The notes beneath the pieces are model-generated. The model worked only from the letters and a program-made list of their open reading frames with translations. It had not been told where the DNA came from and did no database searches. Shown here piece after piece: positions 1 through 11,000 of a stretch of DNA of 64,000 nt (its first letter is position 1; every line of letters starts with the position of its first letter). Source of the DNA: a virus; IMG/VR virus record IMGVR_UViG_3300008266_000033, positions 64,412 to 128,411 of that record. The stretch is one strand, 5' to 3'. A program made the translations under genes and the position numbers.

Positions 1-1114
1 TATCTCCAATCATAATTTTATCATAAGAACCAGCAATTTTATCTGCTTCTAATACATCATCTTTAGCTCCTGCTCGGTTAATTTGAGAAGGTGAAATAAT
101 TGGAATTTTTAATTCTTTAGCTAAACCTTTAGCATCAGTAAATACATCATCAATTTCATCCTTACGTTCTTTTCGAGGTTTTCGAGTTTTTAGCAAATCA
201 AGATAATCAATGAAAATAGCATCTGGGGTGAAATCATATAGAGATTTAAGTTTTTTCAAGTGTTGCTCAATAGTATCTAATGAGGCTCTTCTTGGTGAAT
301 ATTCCTTAATAATAATAGTTCCAGGAAGTGAATTAATTACTTCTTCTACTTTATCCCTATGATTAGATAATCTATCTACTGGAATTTTAGTTAAATTAGC
401 GTCAAAACGTTTACCTACATAAGATTCACCTAATTCTAAGGCATAGTAAACTATATTATAACCTAATGAGGCAGCATGAGCAGCCATATCCACGATAGCC
501 CAAGATTTACCTCCTCCAGGATTACCAAAAATTAATACTAAGTCTCCTTTTCCATAACCGCCTTGAGTAACCTCATTAAATTTAGGCCATGGAAATGGTA
601 TAGGAGCCCTATCTTCGTCTCGATATCTAGTTTCAATATCTTTTGTGTATTCGTGTCCGATTGTTTTGTCTTGTCCTGAACGTAATGCATTATCAATTAA
701 GGTTCTAATAGAGTCATAATCTCCAAGTTTTAATAAGTCTACTGAGGATAATAAGGCTCCTTTTAAATTTTGATTTTTACAGAATTTAGAGAATTCTTTT
801 TGTACATATTCTAAATCTTTAGCTTCAGTTGATGCTTCATATGCTTCTTTTAATTGTTCTTTAATAGAAACTTTCAATACATCATTATCTAATTTTTTTA
901 GCTCAATCTTTAATACCTCTATTGTAGGGGTAGTATGATATTTGTGGTAATATGATAGTATTTCTTTTAGAACCCACTTATGTGCTTGGTTACTAAAATG
1001 TTCTTCATCTAAAACATCATGTACATTATTTAAAAATTCTTTATTTGTTAATAAAGAAGCAATTACTTTAACCTGGAAATTAATTCCATAGCTTTCTAGA
1101 GATGATAGGGTCAT
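1..1114 (-). CDS. dnaB: DnaB/T4 gp41-like replicative helicase (3' end runs off the window; not in the ORF track)
   Basis: Manual translation from the ATG at 1114 (MTLSSLESYGINFQVK...). Shows Walker A FGNPGGGKS, YALELGE, IFIDYLD and SQINR...IAGS motifs of SF4 helicases. Confidence 0.9.
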   Translation of the reverse strand, partial: MTLSSLESYGINFQVKVIASLLTNKEFLNNVHDVLDEEHFSNQAHKWVLKEILSYYHKYHTTPTIEVLKIELKKLDNDVLKVSIKEQLKEAYEASTEAKDLEYVQKEFSKFCKNQNLKGALLSSVDLLKLGDYDSIRTLIDNALRSGQDKTIGHEYTKDIETRYRDEDRAPIPFPWPKFNEVTQGGYGKGDLVLIFGNPGGGKSWAIVDMAAHAASLGYNIVYYALELGESYVGKRFDANLTKIPVDRLSNHRDKVEEVINSLPGTIIIKEYSPRRASLDTIEQHLKKLKSLYDFTPDAIFIDYLDLLKTRKPRKERKDEIDDVFTDAKGLAKELKIPIISPSQINRAGAKDDVLEADKIAGSYDKIMIGD

Positions 1115-1118
1115 GTTT

Positions 1119-2162
1119 TTATTTTTTAATTGAATTTAAAATTCTAAATGTGTCTTTTAACCAAAGTTCAACTCCTTTTATAATAATAGCTAAATCATCT
1201 TGATTAGCTAAATGTAGAAATTCTTTAGTTTTCAATTCAGGGATGGGACTATCAACTGTTTCAATAATAAACTCTTTTTCATTATCATCTATCAACGGGT
1301 TTTTAAGATCCATTAATCTATAAAAATTCTTTACATTCTCAAAGTCATGTAATACCCTTGAGTAAATTTTATTATCTTTTAGTTTAGTTTCACAGATATT
1401 AAATATATCGTCTAATGAAAGAATAGTTTGTCCTACCTCAGGAAATTTTTCTATCAGTGTTTTTGGTCCTAAATCTTTTACTCCAGGAATTTTATCTGAG
1501 GTATCTCCTACTAATGTTTTATAAATAATAAAGTTTTCAGCTAATACTCCAAATTTTTCCCTAATTAATGCTTTATTATAAAATACTTTTTCACCAGTTT
1601 TATAAACTGTAATATTATCATCTATTAACTGGAAAAAATCTTTATCATTAGAAGCAATAAAAACCTGAGAATTATATTGGGTTGAAAGGTGAGTGGCTAA
1701 AAATGCTATAATATCATCAGCCTCTACTTTACTTATTGATAAAGTTTTAACAGGTAAACATTGAAGATAATTTATTAGCCTAGATATTTGGTCTACTTGA
1801 GCATCTACTTCAGTTGACTTATCTTCAAAAATATCCCAATTGGTGATTTTATTTACATTTCGTCCAGATTTGTATTCGGGGAGTAAGTTCTTCCTGTTTG
1901 TGGAAGAACCTACCCCATCAAATACTACATAAACTGAAGTGGGTTTGGTGTGGTTAATTAGGCTTCCTAATGATCTTAAAAAGCCTCCTAACCCACCAAT
2001 ATGGGCGTTATTTTGATTAACGTAATTTAAAACTGCAAAGTTTCTTAAAAATAAATTTAAACCATCAACTAATAATACTCTATCATTTTTACTGAAGGAT
2101 GTTTCTTTTTCGTGTTCTAAACTTACCTCTTCTAGCAGTTTTAAATATTCTTTCTTTCCCAT
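1119..2162 (-). CDS. 5'-3' exonuclease / flap endonuclease (T4 RNase H, PolI N-terminal-like)
   Basis: LLVDGLN, VVFDG, YKSGR, EADDIIA, SNDKDFFQL, GDTSDKIPGVKDLGPKT motifs. Confidence 0.93.
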   Translation of the reverse strand: MGKKEYLKLLEEVSLEHEKETSFSKNDRVLLVDGLNLFLRNFAVLNYVNQNNAHIGGLGGFLRSLGSLINHTKPTSVYVVFDGVGSSTNRKNLLPEYKSGRNVNKITNWDIFEDKSTEVDAQVDQISRLINYLQCLPVKTLSISKVEADDIIAFLATHLSTQYNSQVFIASNDKDFFQLIDDNITVYKTGEKVFYNKALIREKFGVLAENFIIYKTLVGDTSDKIPGVKDLGPKTLIEKFPEVGQTILSLDDIFNICETKLKDNKIYSRVLHDFENVKNFYRLMDLKNPLIDDNEKEFIIETVDSPIPELKTKEFLHLANQDDLAIIIKGVELWLKDTFRILNSIKK

Positions 2163-2163
2163 A

Positions 2164-3240
2164 TTAATCTTCAGATGTATCTACTTCTCCATTAGCTTCA
2201 TCTTCAGTAACAATCTTGAAATTGGTACCTCCTAAAATCTTAGCCCATTCATCAGCATGTTCTTTTTTATACTTATCTACTGATAGAGGTGTATCTTTAA
2301 TAAAACCATGTGCTGTCATAATAATAGAACCTCTAGTAGAAATCCCATTGATGTGATTTTTATCTACTGAAACTTTAGTTCGTTTAGCAAACTCAACATC
2401 TTTTTTATCTTTAACAGCCTTGATTTTATTTGTACCTGCATTAGCAATATTACCAAAAGTAACAATTAGTGAGGCATCAAAAAACATCGTATTTCCTCCT
2501 TTATTTTTCATTTTAGGTTGTTCCATAGGAAGCGAAGGTTTTTCAACCCATACTTTATTTACACAAACAAATGTATTTGTATAAGGAGAATTTTCTTTAC
2601 GTGAAAGTACAATCTTTTGATTTACAAAATTACCAAACTGTTGAGACATAGCACCAGCATTCCACTCATTACTATTTGATGATTTTTCAATACTCATTTT
2701 GCAAGGAATAGAACCTACTGAATCCCATAAAAATAATAGATCATAAGGTAAATTGCCTTTAGCTTGTTCATCCAAAAGATCTAAAATAAATGCAGCAACA
2801 TCTTCTACAGATTGTAAAGAACTTCTATCAGCATAGATAAAAAATCCTTCATAATTTTGTATTTCACCTGTAGCTGGATCAATAACTTCGTTCACATCAA
2901 AACCCATAGTTTTAAGATGTCCAAAATCAAATTTCATCTCAGTTACTATTAGTACTGGAAGGATTCCTGCTTTTTGAGCATTAACTGCTGCTTCAATAAG
3001 TGCAGTAGTTTTACCTGTATCAGAGTGTCCTCGGAGTAATGTAATATGACCCATAGGAATACCTGGAAGCGAGATAATATCTGATAAAGCTTCCGAAACT
3101 GGTATCCATTTCTGTTCTTTGAACTTAACATTTGAATTTAGAAGTTTCTTATCTTTAAACTTATTTAGGTCAAACCCTTTTTTAAGTTCAGAGGAAACAG
3201 CCTCATTCAAAGAAGTTGACTTCTTTGTTATTGTTGTCAT
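2164..3240 (-). CDS. uvsX: RecA/UvsX-like recombinase
   Basis: Walker A GHSDTGKTT, WDSVGS, GG...F.AS; lies next to the SSB and helicase genes. Confidence 0.88.
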   Translation of the reverse strand: MTTITKKSTSLNEAVSSELKKGFDLNKFKDKKLLNSNVKFKEQKWIPVSEALSDIISLPGIPMGHITLLRGHSDTGKTTALIEAAVNAQKAGILPVLIVTEMKFDFGHLKTMGFDVNEVIDPATGEIQNYEGFFIYADRSSLQSVEDVAAFILDLLDEQAKGNLPYDLLFLWDSVGSIPCKMSIEKSSNSNEWNAGAMSQQFGNFVNQKIVLSRKENSPYTNTFVCVNKVWVEKPSLPMEQPKMKNKGGNTMFFDASLIVTFGNIANAGTNKIKAVKDKKDVEFAKRTKVSVDKNHINGISTRGSIIMTAHGFIKDTPLSVDKYKKEHADEWAKILGGTNFKIVTEDEANGEVDTSED

Positions 3241-3256
3241 AAAATTTAGTTTTTAA

Positions 3257-4093
3257 TTATTCCTCGGAAAATAAAGCATCAAACTTTTCTGAAGTCTTTG
3301 CTTTTTTACCACCCATTTTCTTTTCAGTTACTTTAGCGGTAATACTTTCTGATTCTTCTTTCCAAGGTGCTTCACTTGGGGTTTCAGCTTCTTCTGTATC
3401 CTCAATAACTTCTCCATTTTCATCTTCTGGGTTTAGCCAGTTTTGAAGAGTAGTTTTGATTTCTTCATAAGAATGTTTCTTGTTGATTTCCAAAATATTA
3501 GGTTGTTCTGTTAACCAAAGTTCAGCTTGTTTAGCATCATCACTAAGAGGAGTAGTTTTTGGTTTTACTCGGATAGTACATTTGATGCCTTTACGTCCAG
3601 CAATATCAGCTTCAACAGCCTCTACATTAAAATCACGACCCTCAGTAACATCAGTATAATCACCATAATCTTCATCTTCAGCAATACCTAATAGTTGCAT
3701 GTAAATTTCTTTACCAAACTCCCAAAGACGAACACCCATATCTTCTTCACCACGTACAATTACTGGTGCAAAAATACGCATTTTTGGATCAAGCTTTTTA
3801 GCTAGGGACCAATTTTCTTTATCTGATGTTGAGCGAAGTTTTTTAGTAAACTCTACAATAGGGTCTGATTCATCCCAATTAGTAAGAGCAAAAATAGGAT
3901 ACTTAGCGAACCCATAGTGAACATAAACTTCTTTAAAAGGATTAGCTTTATCGGATTTAGAAGGTACGATACGAACCTGGTGTTTACCTACTTTTGGTTT
4001 CCAAAAGATTTTTGAATAATCAACTTTTTCTTTTTTTGCCCCTGGTTTTTGCTGTAGAGACTCCAGCCTGTTTTTGATTTTACTTAAATCCAT
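3257..4093 (-). CDS. gp32-like single-stranded DNA-binding protein
   Basis: FWKP..G...VRIVP, WEFGK, D.TEGRDF, acidic C-terminal tail ending FDALFSEE. Confidence 0.85.
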   Translation of the reverse strand: MDLSKIKNRLESLQQKPGAKKEKVDYSKIFWKPKVGKHQVRIVPSKSDKANPFKEVYVHYGFAKYPIFALTNWDESDPIVEFTKKLRSTSDKENWSLAKKLDPKMRIFAPVIVRGEEDMGVRLWEFGKEIYMQLLGIAEDEDYGDYTDVTEGRDFNVEAVEADIAGRKGIKCTIRVKPKTTPLSDDAKQAELWLTEQPNILEINKKHSYEEIKTTLQNWLNPEDENGEVIEDTEEAETPSEAPWKEESESITAKVTEKKMGGKKAKTSEKFDALFSEE

Positions 4094-4145
4094 AAAATTT
4101 GTTTTTAAAACGGTTAATAAATGTGGTTAATTCTAAATCGTGGCG

Positions 4146-4177
4146 ATAATATAATGAAAAGGCCTTAAAATTCCAAC
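4146..4177 (-). promoter_or_regulatory. Bacteroidota-type -33/-7 promoter upstream of the SSB-UvsX operon
   Basis: Sense GTTG-N20-TATATTAT, same spacing as six other copies. Confidence 0.65.
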
Positions 4178-4190
4178 CTGAATGATTAAC

Positions 4191-4577
4191 TTATAATTCA
4201 ATTATTTTGTATAATTTGGTGTTAAGTGATTTAAATTCGTTTTGTTGAGTTAATAATATGCAATTTTTATAATGATTCCAATTAACTCTAAAGGAAGGAT
4301 CTACTATACCCCCATTGAGTCTTTTTATCAGTTCATTTAATGCATTTATGGTATATAATGTATTAGTGTCTTTTTTTCTATGTACTGAAATAGTATTAGG
4401 AGGTAAACTACCAATGTTACCACTGTCTGTATTATAGGTAATTACATATTCATCAGTAGATTTTACATAAAGTATAAATAATTTATCGTAGTTTATAACA
4501 TAATCAGTAGATATAGTTTCTATCAGATCTTCTAAATTATCTATTTGAGTAAATGAAGCAAATAATTTGTTATTCAT
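4191..4577 (-). CDS. hypothetical protein
   Basis: 128-aa ORF preceded by the ATATTTATAA motif (4597-4606). Confidence 0.75.
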   Translation of the reverse strand: MNNKLFASFTQIDNLEDLIETISTDYVINYDKLFILYVKSTDEYVITYNTDSGNIGSLPPNTISVHRKKDTNTLYTINALNELIKRLNGGIVDPSFRVNWNHYKNCILLTQQNEFKSLNTKLYKIIEL

Positions 4578-4616
4578 TTTTAAAGAGTCGATTTTGTTAT
4601 AAATATCAACTCTTTT

Positions 4617-5903
4617 TTATGAAAAAGTGTAGTCGGATCCTTTATTTATTTTTATAGTGAGTTTTTTTCTTTCAAATATTTTTTGAATCTCTAATAATAA
4701 ATCTTTTTCTTTTCTATCTACATCAAATAAAAAACTATCATAAACATATAAAATAAGTTTAGTTTTTTTACCTACCAATAACTTATGTATTTCTAATAGA
4801 ATTTCAATATTGTTGGCTGTTTCATAGTGTTGTAGTAAATAGTTAAATAATTTTTGAGGATTCATATCATTTAACTTATCCCTATAAAATCTATAATTAG
4901 AAACAGGACATTCAATAAATCCACCATAATTAAAATCATCCCACAACTTATCTATAAATGTGCTTATTTTCTTAAAAAACTCGATATGACTGTATTCTTG
5001 TTTTATACCGCCATATAAATTTTTAAAAATGATTTCCTTAGCATCATCATACGAAACATCATAAGTTTTAGAAAATTCATTATAAACGTTATCTTCAAAA
5101 TTAAAATCTATTAATTGAGCAGCCAATGTAGGATGATAGGCTGAAATATCAAACTCAACCAATAAATCATTTGAAGGAACAAAACTTTCTCTAACTTTAT
5201 TGTCTTTAGGTAATGCAGCAAAATTTATACCATTAAATGAATTTGAAGGTCGTTTGGTTGTAGTGTATAAATTATATTCTGTAAAAATCTTATTTTCTAA
5301 TATAGAGTATTCTGGGTGGGGTAGATCAAAATGATCATAAAATGAAGATGGGCTTAAAGTTAATCCATTTCTTTCTATACCTAAAAAGGCTAATGGGGCT
5401 TTAGTATTTAAAAATTCTAATTCTTTAGGATAATTTAAAGGCAAATACTTTTGAATTAACTTAAATAAATCCTCACAATATTCATAATGTTTAGTTATAG
5501 GAATTATTCTATTTAAATCAGATATATCAGAATGTTTTGAATAAAAATAATTATAAACTAAATTATCAGGATACTTAAACCCATCAGGCATTAAATAAGT
5601 TAAATCATATAAGTTTTTATAGGGCAGATGATATAGTTTTTGTTTTTTATTAATCACATATATTTCATCTATATCCTTTAATAGCGCGTCTATTAGCATT
5701 TTATTAAGCGAGAATCCCTCGTTGTGGCACACGCACAACATATAACCCTTCTCATCTATAAACGGTTTAATAAAGATAAGACTTATTTCGCTTAAAGAAG
5801 GATGATAATAATGATGGTAAGGAACAATCTCTAAAAATACCTTTTTAAATTTTTTTTCCTTTAATTCTTCAAACTGTTCATCAGTTTCTATTAACCAGTA
5901 CAT
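4617..5903 (-). CDS. short, divergent family A DNA polymerase-like protein
   Basis: T.RPS, motif A FDISAYHP, motif B AKEIIFKNLYGG, motif C YVYDSFLFD; only 428 aa. Confidence 0.75.
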   Translation of the reverse strand: MYWLIETDEQFEELKEKKFKKVFLEIVPYHHYYHPSLSEISLIFIKPFIDEKGYMLCVCHNEGFSLNKMLIDALLKDIDEIYVINKKQKLYHLPYKNLYDLTYLMPDGFKYPDNLVYNYFYSKHSDISDLNRIIPITKHYEYCEDLFKLIQKYLPLNYPKELEFLNTKAPLAFLGIERNGLTLSPSSFYDHFDLPHPEYSILENKIFTEYNLYTTTKRPSNSFNGINFAALPKDNKVRESFVPSNDLLVEFDISAYHPTLAAQLIDFNFEDNVYNEFSKTYDVSYDDAKEIIFKNLYGGIKQEYSHIEFFKKISTFIDKLWDDFNYGGFIECPVSNYRFYRDKLNDMNPQKLFNYLLQHYETANNIEILLEIHKLLVGKKTKLILYVYDSFLFDVDRKEKDLLLEIQKIFERKKLTIKINKGSDYTFS

Positions 5904-5907
5904 GAGG

Positions 5908-5939
5908 TAAAGATAATAAAAATATTATATTTAACCAAA
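5908..5939 (-). promoter_or_regulatory. Bacteroidota-type -33/-7 promoter (probably near-leaderless mRNA)
   Basis: Sense TTTG-N20-TATCTTTA-CCTC-ATG. Confidence 0.7.
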
Positions 5940-5952
5940 TTTAATTATTTTT

Positions 5953-7311
5953 TTAAATAAATCTGTTTATATATTCTAAATAAGTATTTTCAGAATCGTA
6001 TGCAAATGAACCACTTTTAACATTAGCAAGACTACTAACAACACCAAATTTTTCAGCTGGTTGACCAGGTGCACTAAACCAACCTCTAATAGGAGTACGT
6101 GATTGTGCTGTTATAGGATATAATGTGGGGTCTTTAGCAGTTTTATAAGGTATACCACCATCAACCCCTCCATCTGAGTTATCTAGGTTAGTAGTAGCTA
6201 AAATCAAAGGAGATTCTGGAATGCTAGATAAAAAACTATTATTTATAACTAAATTATTTATTTGATTTAAATAAGTAAAAGTAGGAGTATATCTTTGTAT
6301 AAATCTATCAGGGGGTCCTGGGTTTGCGGTAAGATTTGGAGTTCCTGTAACAGTTCCAGGATATGTAGTAGTTAAATCATTATTTGGACCTCCTAAAAAT
6401 TCACCATTTTCTAAATCTAAATTAGTTACATTAAAAGAAAATGGTAATATAGAAGTACCGTTATATATTGTAGGATTAGGTAAATCTAATTCGGTATCAT
6501 TTAAAGTAGTTTCTAATACTGATTCACCATTATATGTTGTAGGATTAGGTAAGTCTAATTCAGTAGAATTTAATGAAAAATATAATAAAGGCTCACCTAA
6601 TGAAGTCTGACCTAATATATCATTATAAGTTACAGGATTAGAAAAATCCAATTCTGTAAAATCTAAAATATTGTTATTATTTAATAAAAATTCTTCAGAA
6701 TTAAGATAAGCTGTAGGATTTGATGAATCATAAATAGTATAATCTAAAATATTATTACTATTTAAATAAAATGTTGGAGAATCAACATAAGATATAGGAT
6801 TAGGTGAATCTAATTCTGTAAAATCTAAAACACCATCAATACTTAAAAACCCAGCCCCACTATAAACTGAGATATTTAGTGGATCTAAATAAGTAAAATC
6901 TAAAACATTGACAGTACTTAAAAGTCCAGCTCCAATATAAACTGAGGGGTTGGGTAAATCATAATTGGTTGCTTCTAGGGAATTATATAATATAGAAATA
7001 CCATCATATGTTGAAGGATTTGGTAAATCTAATTCGGTTTGTTCTAAAGTATATTCTAATGGGGCCCCACCATATGTTGCTATACCTCCTAAATCTAAAA
7101 CAGTTTGATCTAAAGAATTAGCTAATACAGAATTATTACTAAAAATTGAACTTTCTAAATCTAAAACAGTTTGGCCTAAAGAATTAGCTAATGTCAGATT
7201 ATTATTTGTTGGGGGTGTTCCTAAACCTAAATCAGTTTGACTAAGTAAATTAACTAATTGTGATTCTCCATTAAGATAATTTTCTTGAGAAGGATTAAAA
7301 ATATAAGCCAT
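5953..7311 (-). CDS. acidic repeat protein (L-x-x-T-x-L-D-L-P-N-P repeats), probably virion-associated
   Basis: About 13 imperfect repeats; sits at the end of the baseplate cluster; late motif at 7318-7327. Confidence 0.7.
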   Translation of the reverse strand: MAYIFNPSQENYLNGESQLVNLLSQTDLGLGTPPTNNNLTLANSLGQTVLDLESSIFSNNSVLANSLDQTVLDLGGIATYGGAPLEYTLEQTELDLPNPSTYDGISILYNSLEATNYDLPNPSVYIGAGLLSTVNVLDFTYLDPLNISVYSGAGFLSIDGVLDFTELDSPNPISYVDSPTFYLNSNNILDYTIYDSSNPTAYLNSEEFLLNNNNILDFTELDFSNPVTYNDILGQTSLGEPLLYFSLNSTELDLPNPTTYNGESVLETTLNDTELDLPNPTIYNGTSILPFSFNVTNLDLENGEFLGGPNNDLTTTYPGTVTGTPNLTANPGPPDRFIQRYTPTFTYLNQINNLVINNSFLSSIPESPLILATTNLDNSDGGVDGGIPYKTAKDPTLYPITAQSRTPIRGWFSAPGQPAEKFGVVSSLANVKSGSFAYDSENTYLEYINRFI

Positions 7312-7317
7312 ATTTTA

Positions 7318-7998
7318 TTATAAATATTGGGCAAATTTAAGATAATCTTTTTTTAAATAATTATCAAATTGGGGTAGTTTATTTTTTTTCATAGTTAATT
7401 CAACTATGTTTTTATTAGTATTATAAACAGATTGTTCACTACCAGTTAATTTCCAATTAATTTGAAAAGGAACATAAAGATACCAATCAATATCAGGATC
7501 TTTATTTGAGAGTTTATCAAAAATTTCTTTTGATATTTCTATATAAATAAATTCATTTGCCTTTTTACAAAAATATCTTACAAAAGTTCCATTTTTATAA
7601 TCTTCTTCGGTAGGTTTGTTAAAAGCAAAATAAGGAATAGCAATTTGTTTTTCTAATTCTTCTTCAGGATAATCTTTTGCATTTAAATATTCACGAAGAA
7701 TAGAAAAATTATTATATTTAAATATTTCTTCATCTGAATAGGCATTAATTGGACCTTCAGGATCAATATAAGGATATATTGTTGAATAAGATTTGGATAA
7801 AGTAGCCTGGTTAATTGATGTTGGAGGATTTAATATTAATTTTTGTACAATTGAATCTTGTGGTGTTTTTCCTGTAAAATATTCACCTTTAGAGGTTTCC
7901 CAATAATACCCTATATAATCATCTCCAGTAGATTCAATAATAAATTTTCCTCCATCAGTATATAAATTTGTTTTTATTTGAGATTTAGGATAATACAT
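7318..7998 (-). CDS. hypothetical baseplate-region protein
   Basis: 226-aa ORF directly downstream of the baseplate hub gene. Confidence 0.7.
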   Translation of the reverse strand: MYYPKSQIKTNLYTDGGKFIIESTGDDYIGYYWETSKGEYFTGKTPQDSIVQKLILNPPTSINQATLSKSYSTIYPYIDPEGPINAYSDEEIFKYNNFSILREYLNAKDYPEEELEKQIAIPYFAFNKPTEEDYKNGTFVRYFCKKANEFIYIEISKEIFDKLSNKDPDIDWYLYVPFQINWKLTGSEQSVYNTNKNIVELTMKKNKLPQFDNYLKKDYLKFAQYL

Positions 7999-8040
7999 TG
8001 TTATAGTGAATTTATTTTTTAATTAAATTAACTTGTTCTT

Positions 8041-11000
8041 CTAATTTGCATTAAGTCTAAAATTACTAATTTTACCACCTTTACTTATAATAGCTGAATC
8101 AAATGCTGAGGCTTGAGCCCATGTTGCAGGATATAAATTTCCATTTCGAGGACCATTATTACCTACTGATATTAACATACTAACTACTTCTAATGTAGGT
8201 ACTAAATCTACTTTACCCCCAAAAACAGACCCATGGCTGTATATCCCAGGTTTAGTTCTCCAAAGTCCATTTCCAATTTCATCTACTTCATACCATATAC
8301 TTCTCCAAGTTTTTTCACCTTCCCATATAAAAGGAATTTTATAACTGTACATTAGTTTTAAAAGAAGACCTCTTAAACTTGCCATTTGTAAACCAGTATA
8401 AGTAAATCCATATTTATAAGTTCTATAAGTTGTTGGGTTAAGATTCCAATCTACTATATTTGATATACCATTACCAATACCAATACCACTTACACCATCA
8501 AATCCTAATTGATATTTTTGTCCTCGTTGTCCTTTAGATATATTTTTTCCTGATGCATCAAACCAATCACCACCTCGTTCAAAAGCTTGACCTGGGTTTA
8601 TTACTTCAATACCAATACCATGTACGTTTGGGTCAGGACTGAACTTTGAACCTTGGGTTATATATTTAAAACGTTCATCAGCTAATCTTTCAACATGTCC
8701 ATCACCATCTAAAACAAAGGGAGCACTAGGAACCCATCCTTTTGTGCTACGAAGACTTGTACCATTTGATAAACAATGTGGGTTCCAACAAGCTTCTACA
8801 ACATGTAAACCTTTATCTCCAGCCCAATTAGTACCTTGAATATAAGTAGCAGTATGATGTAAATATATACGAGATTTTGGAAAAATTTTAGGTTTTGCTA
8901 TAGTTAAATTACTACCCCAACTACCTTGATCAGTTGCACTAGAAAGTTGGTATTTATCTACACACCAACCTGAAGGTTCTGATTTTACATATACATGATC
9001 TGTTCTAGTTCTTTGATTTGAAGGACATCCTGTTGCTGGATCTGCAGAACCAACCCCAGTAAAAGCTGCATCTTTATATGAACCCCCTGATGATGATGCT
9101 TTCTTTTGCTTTTTCTTTTTCTTTGCTGCAGGTGCTGCTGCTGTATTATCAGCACTTTTTCCTACAATTACTGAATCAATTTTTGTTTCCCAAAGATTAT
9201 TTTTAACAGTATGGGTAATTCCTTTAATTAAAATCTCTACAGCATCAGGATAATTAGAAGGAAGAAACTCAGTGTTAAGATTAAATTTTTGAAAAATTTT
9301 CATTCCTGATAATCCATCCATAGTTAAAGATACATTAATAGGAATAAATCCTGAACCTGCTGAAACAGTTGAATTTGATTTATATTCATTAGCTTTTCCT
9401 TTATTAATGAAATAAACCAAATTAGATAAAATACTTTTATTAGCTTCCCATACTTCAGGTTGCCAAACTATATTAGAAGAATCTCCTCCTCCTACAACAT
9501 ATTGGAAAAATGTACCTGAAGCCCCTATTAGTGAATCAGGAGTATCATCTGGATTAGTACTTGACTCATTTCCATCGGTTACAATTTCTGCAAATCTAGT
9601 AAATAATCCTCTATTTAATCTTGAAAAAGCTGTTGTGTCTTCTCCAACAGATTTTTTATTAGCTGCAGCTCCAATAGAAATAATTGTAGCAAAATCTGGA
9701 GGAATGGTTGTTTGGAAGTCTAATTGTTTAACCATAGAACCTTCCCCTATAAAAGTAATAGGATTTCCTTGTGAATCTTGTCCTGAAAGTGCTTTAAACC
9801 CAGAAACATTGAATGTAGTTGTTGGTCTTACTGTTGCTCCTACTGTTTGTAATACAGTATCTCTATAAGGATAAGGATTTTTATCAATAATTTTTAATTC
9901 ATTGTTTTCTTGATCTACAAAAACTTCTAATGTATTTGAACTGCCTAAAGCTCTTGATATTTCATTTAATACTTCATTTAAAAACTGTTTTAATGATACC
10001 CTGTTTGTTTTTTCATCTACAAGATCATTTATTTTTTCTAATAAAAAGTCAAAATTTACATAAACATTCATTAAATCTCCATAATATGATGTTGTTCCTG
10101 AGGAGAATAAGAAAGGATCAAGATCTTTAAAAAACTCATAAGTAAAACTACTATCAACATTAGTTGCTCCAGGAAATAATGCTTGAGGGTTAATAGTATC
10201 AGTTCTAGAAACTATGCATACTCTAGGATCTGCACTAATTGTTAATTCATTTACTGGAATTAGATTTTTTCCTCGCTCATAATTTATTTTTAATGATGGA
10301 TCTCCATTAAATCTTAATACATAACTTGATTGAATTTCAGCTAATAATCTGTTGAATTTTACATAATATTGAGATGTAGCAGAACCTTGAAATTTTAATC
10401 TAGCAAAGGTTTTTTCACCAACACTTATTCCTGTTATTGGAGTACCTACTTCTGACCAAACATATCCTGTTGCACCAATTATTTTTTTAGCAACTGTATA
10501 ATACAATGCTCCTATAGCATTTTGATCTCTATAAAGATCTATAGGGTCTGGGGTTGTTTTGTTAGCATCTATAGGGGCAGGTTCATTTAAGAGTTTTTGA
10601 GAGTTCATTTTTAACCCTTCAATAATATCTCCTACACTTCTTAAATTAAGAGTAATATCAAAAGTACCATCAGGAGAATAACTCCAATTAAAATTTATAA
10701 CTTTTCCAAATAAAGCATCATAATTTCCATTACTTTCTTTTTTTACTGTTTTTATAGCACTTAACATATCACTTATATATTTTGCCGCAGGATCAAAAAA
10801 GAATTCTTGCAAGGTATTATCACCTCCATCTGTAAATATATTAAATTTATTATCTACATAAACAACATTCCCCCATTCTAAAAGCATATAATACCCTAAA
10901 CGCAAATAAAGAGCCTCTATTATTTCTAATTGTTCTGAATTATATGCTTTAATTTTTACAACAGCTGATGTTGTATATCCATCACCATCGGTTTTTACTT

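Noticed and set aside
2949-3131. 60-aa minus-strand ORF inside uvsX
   Set aside because: Alternative frame nested in a conserved gene; no start signal or motif.
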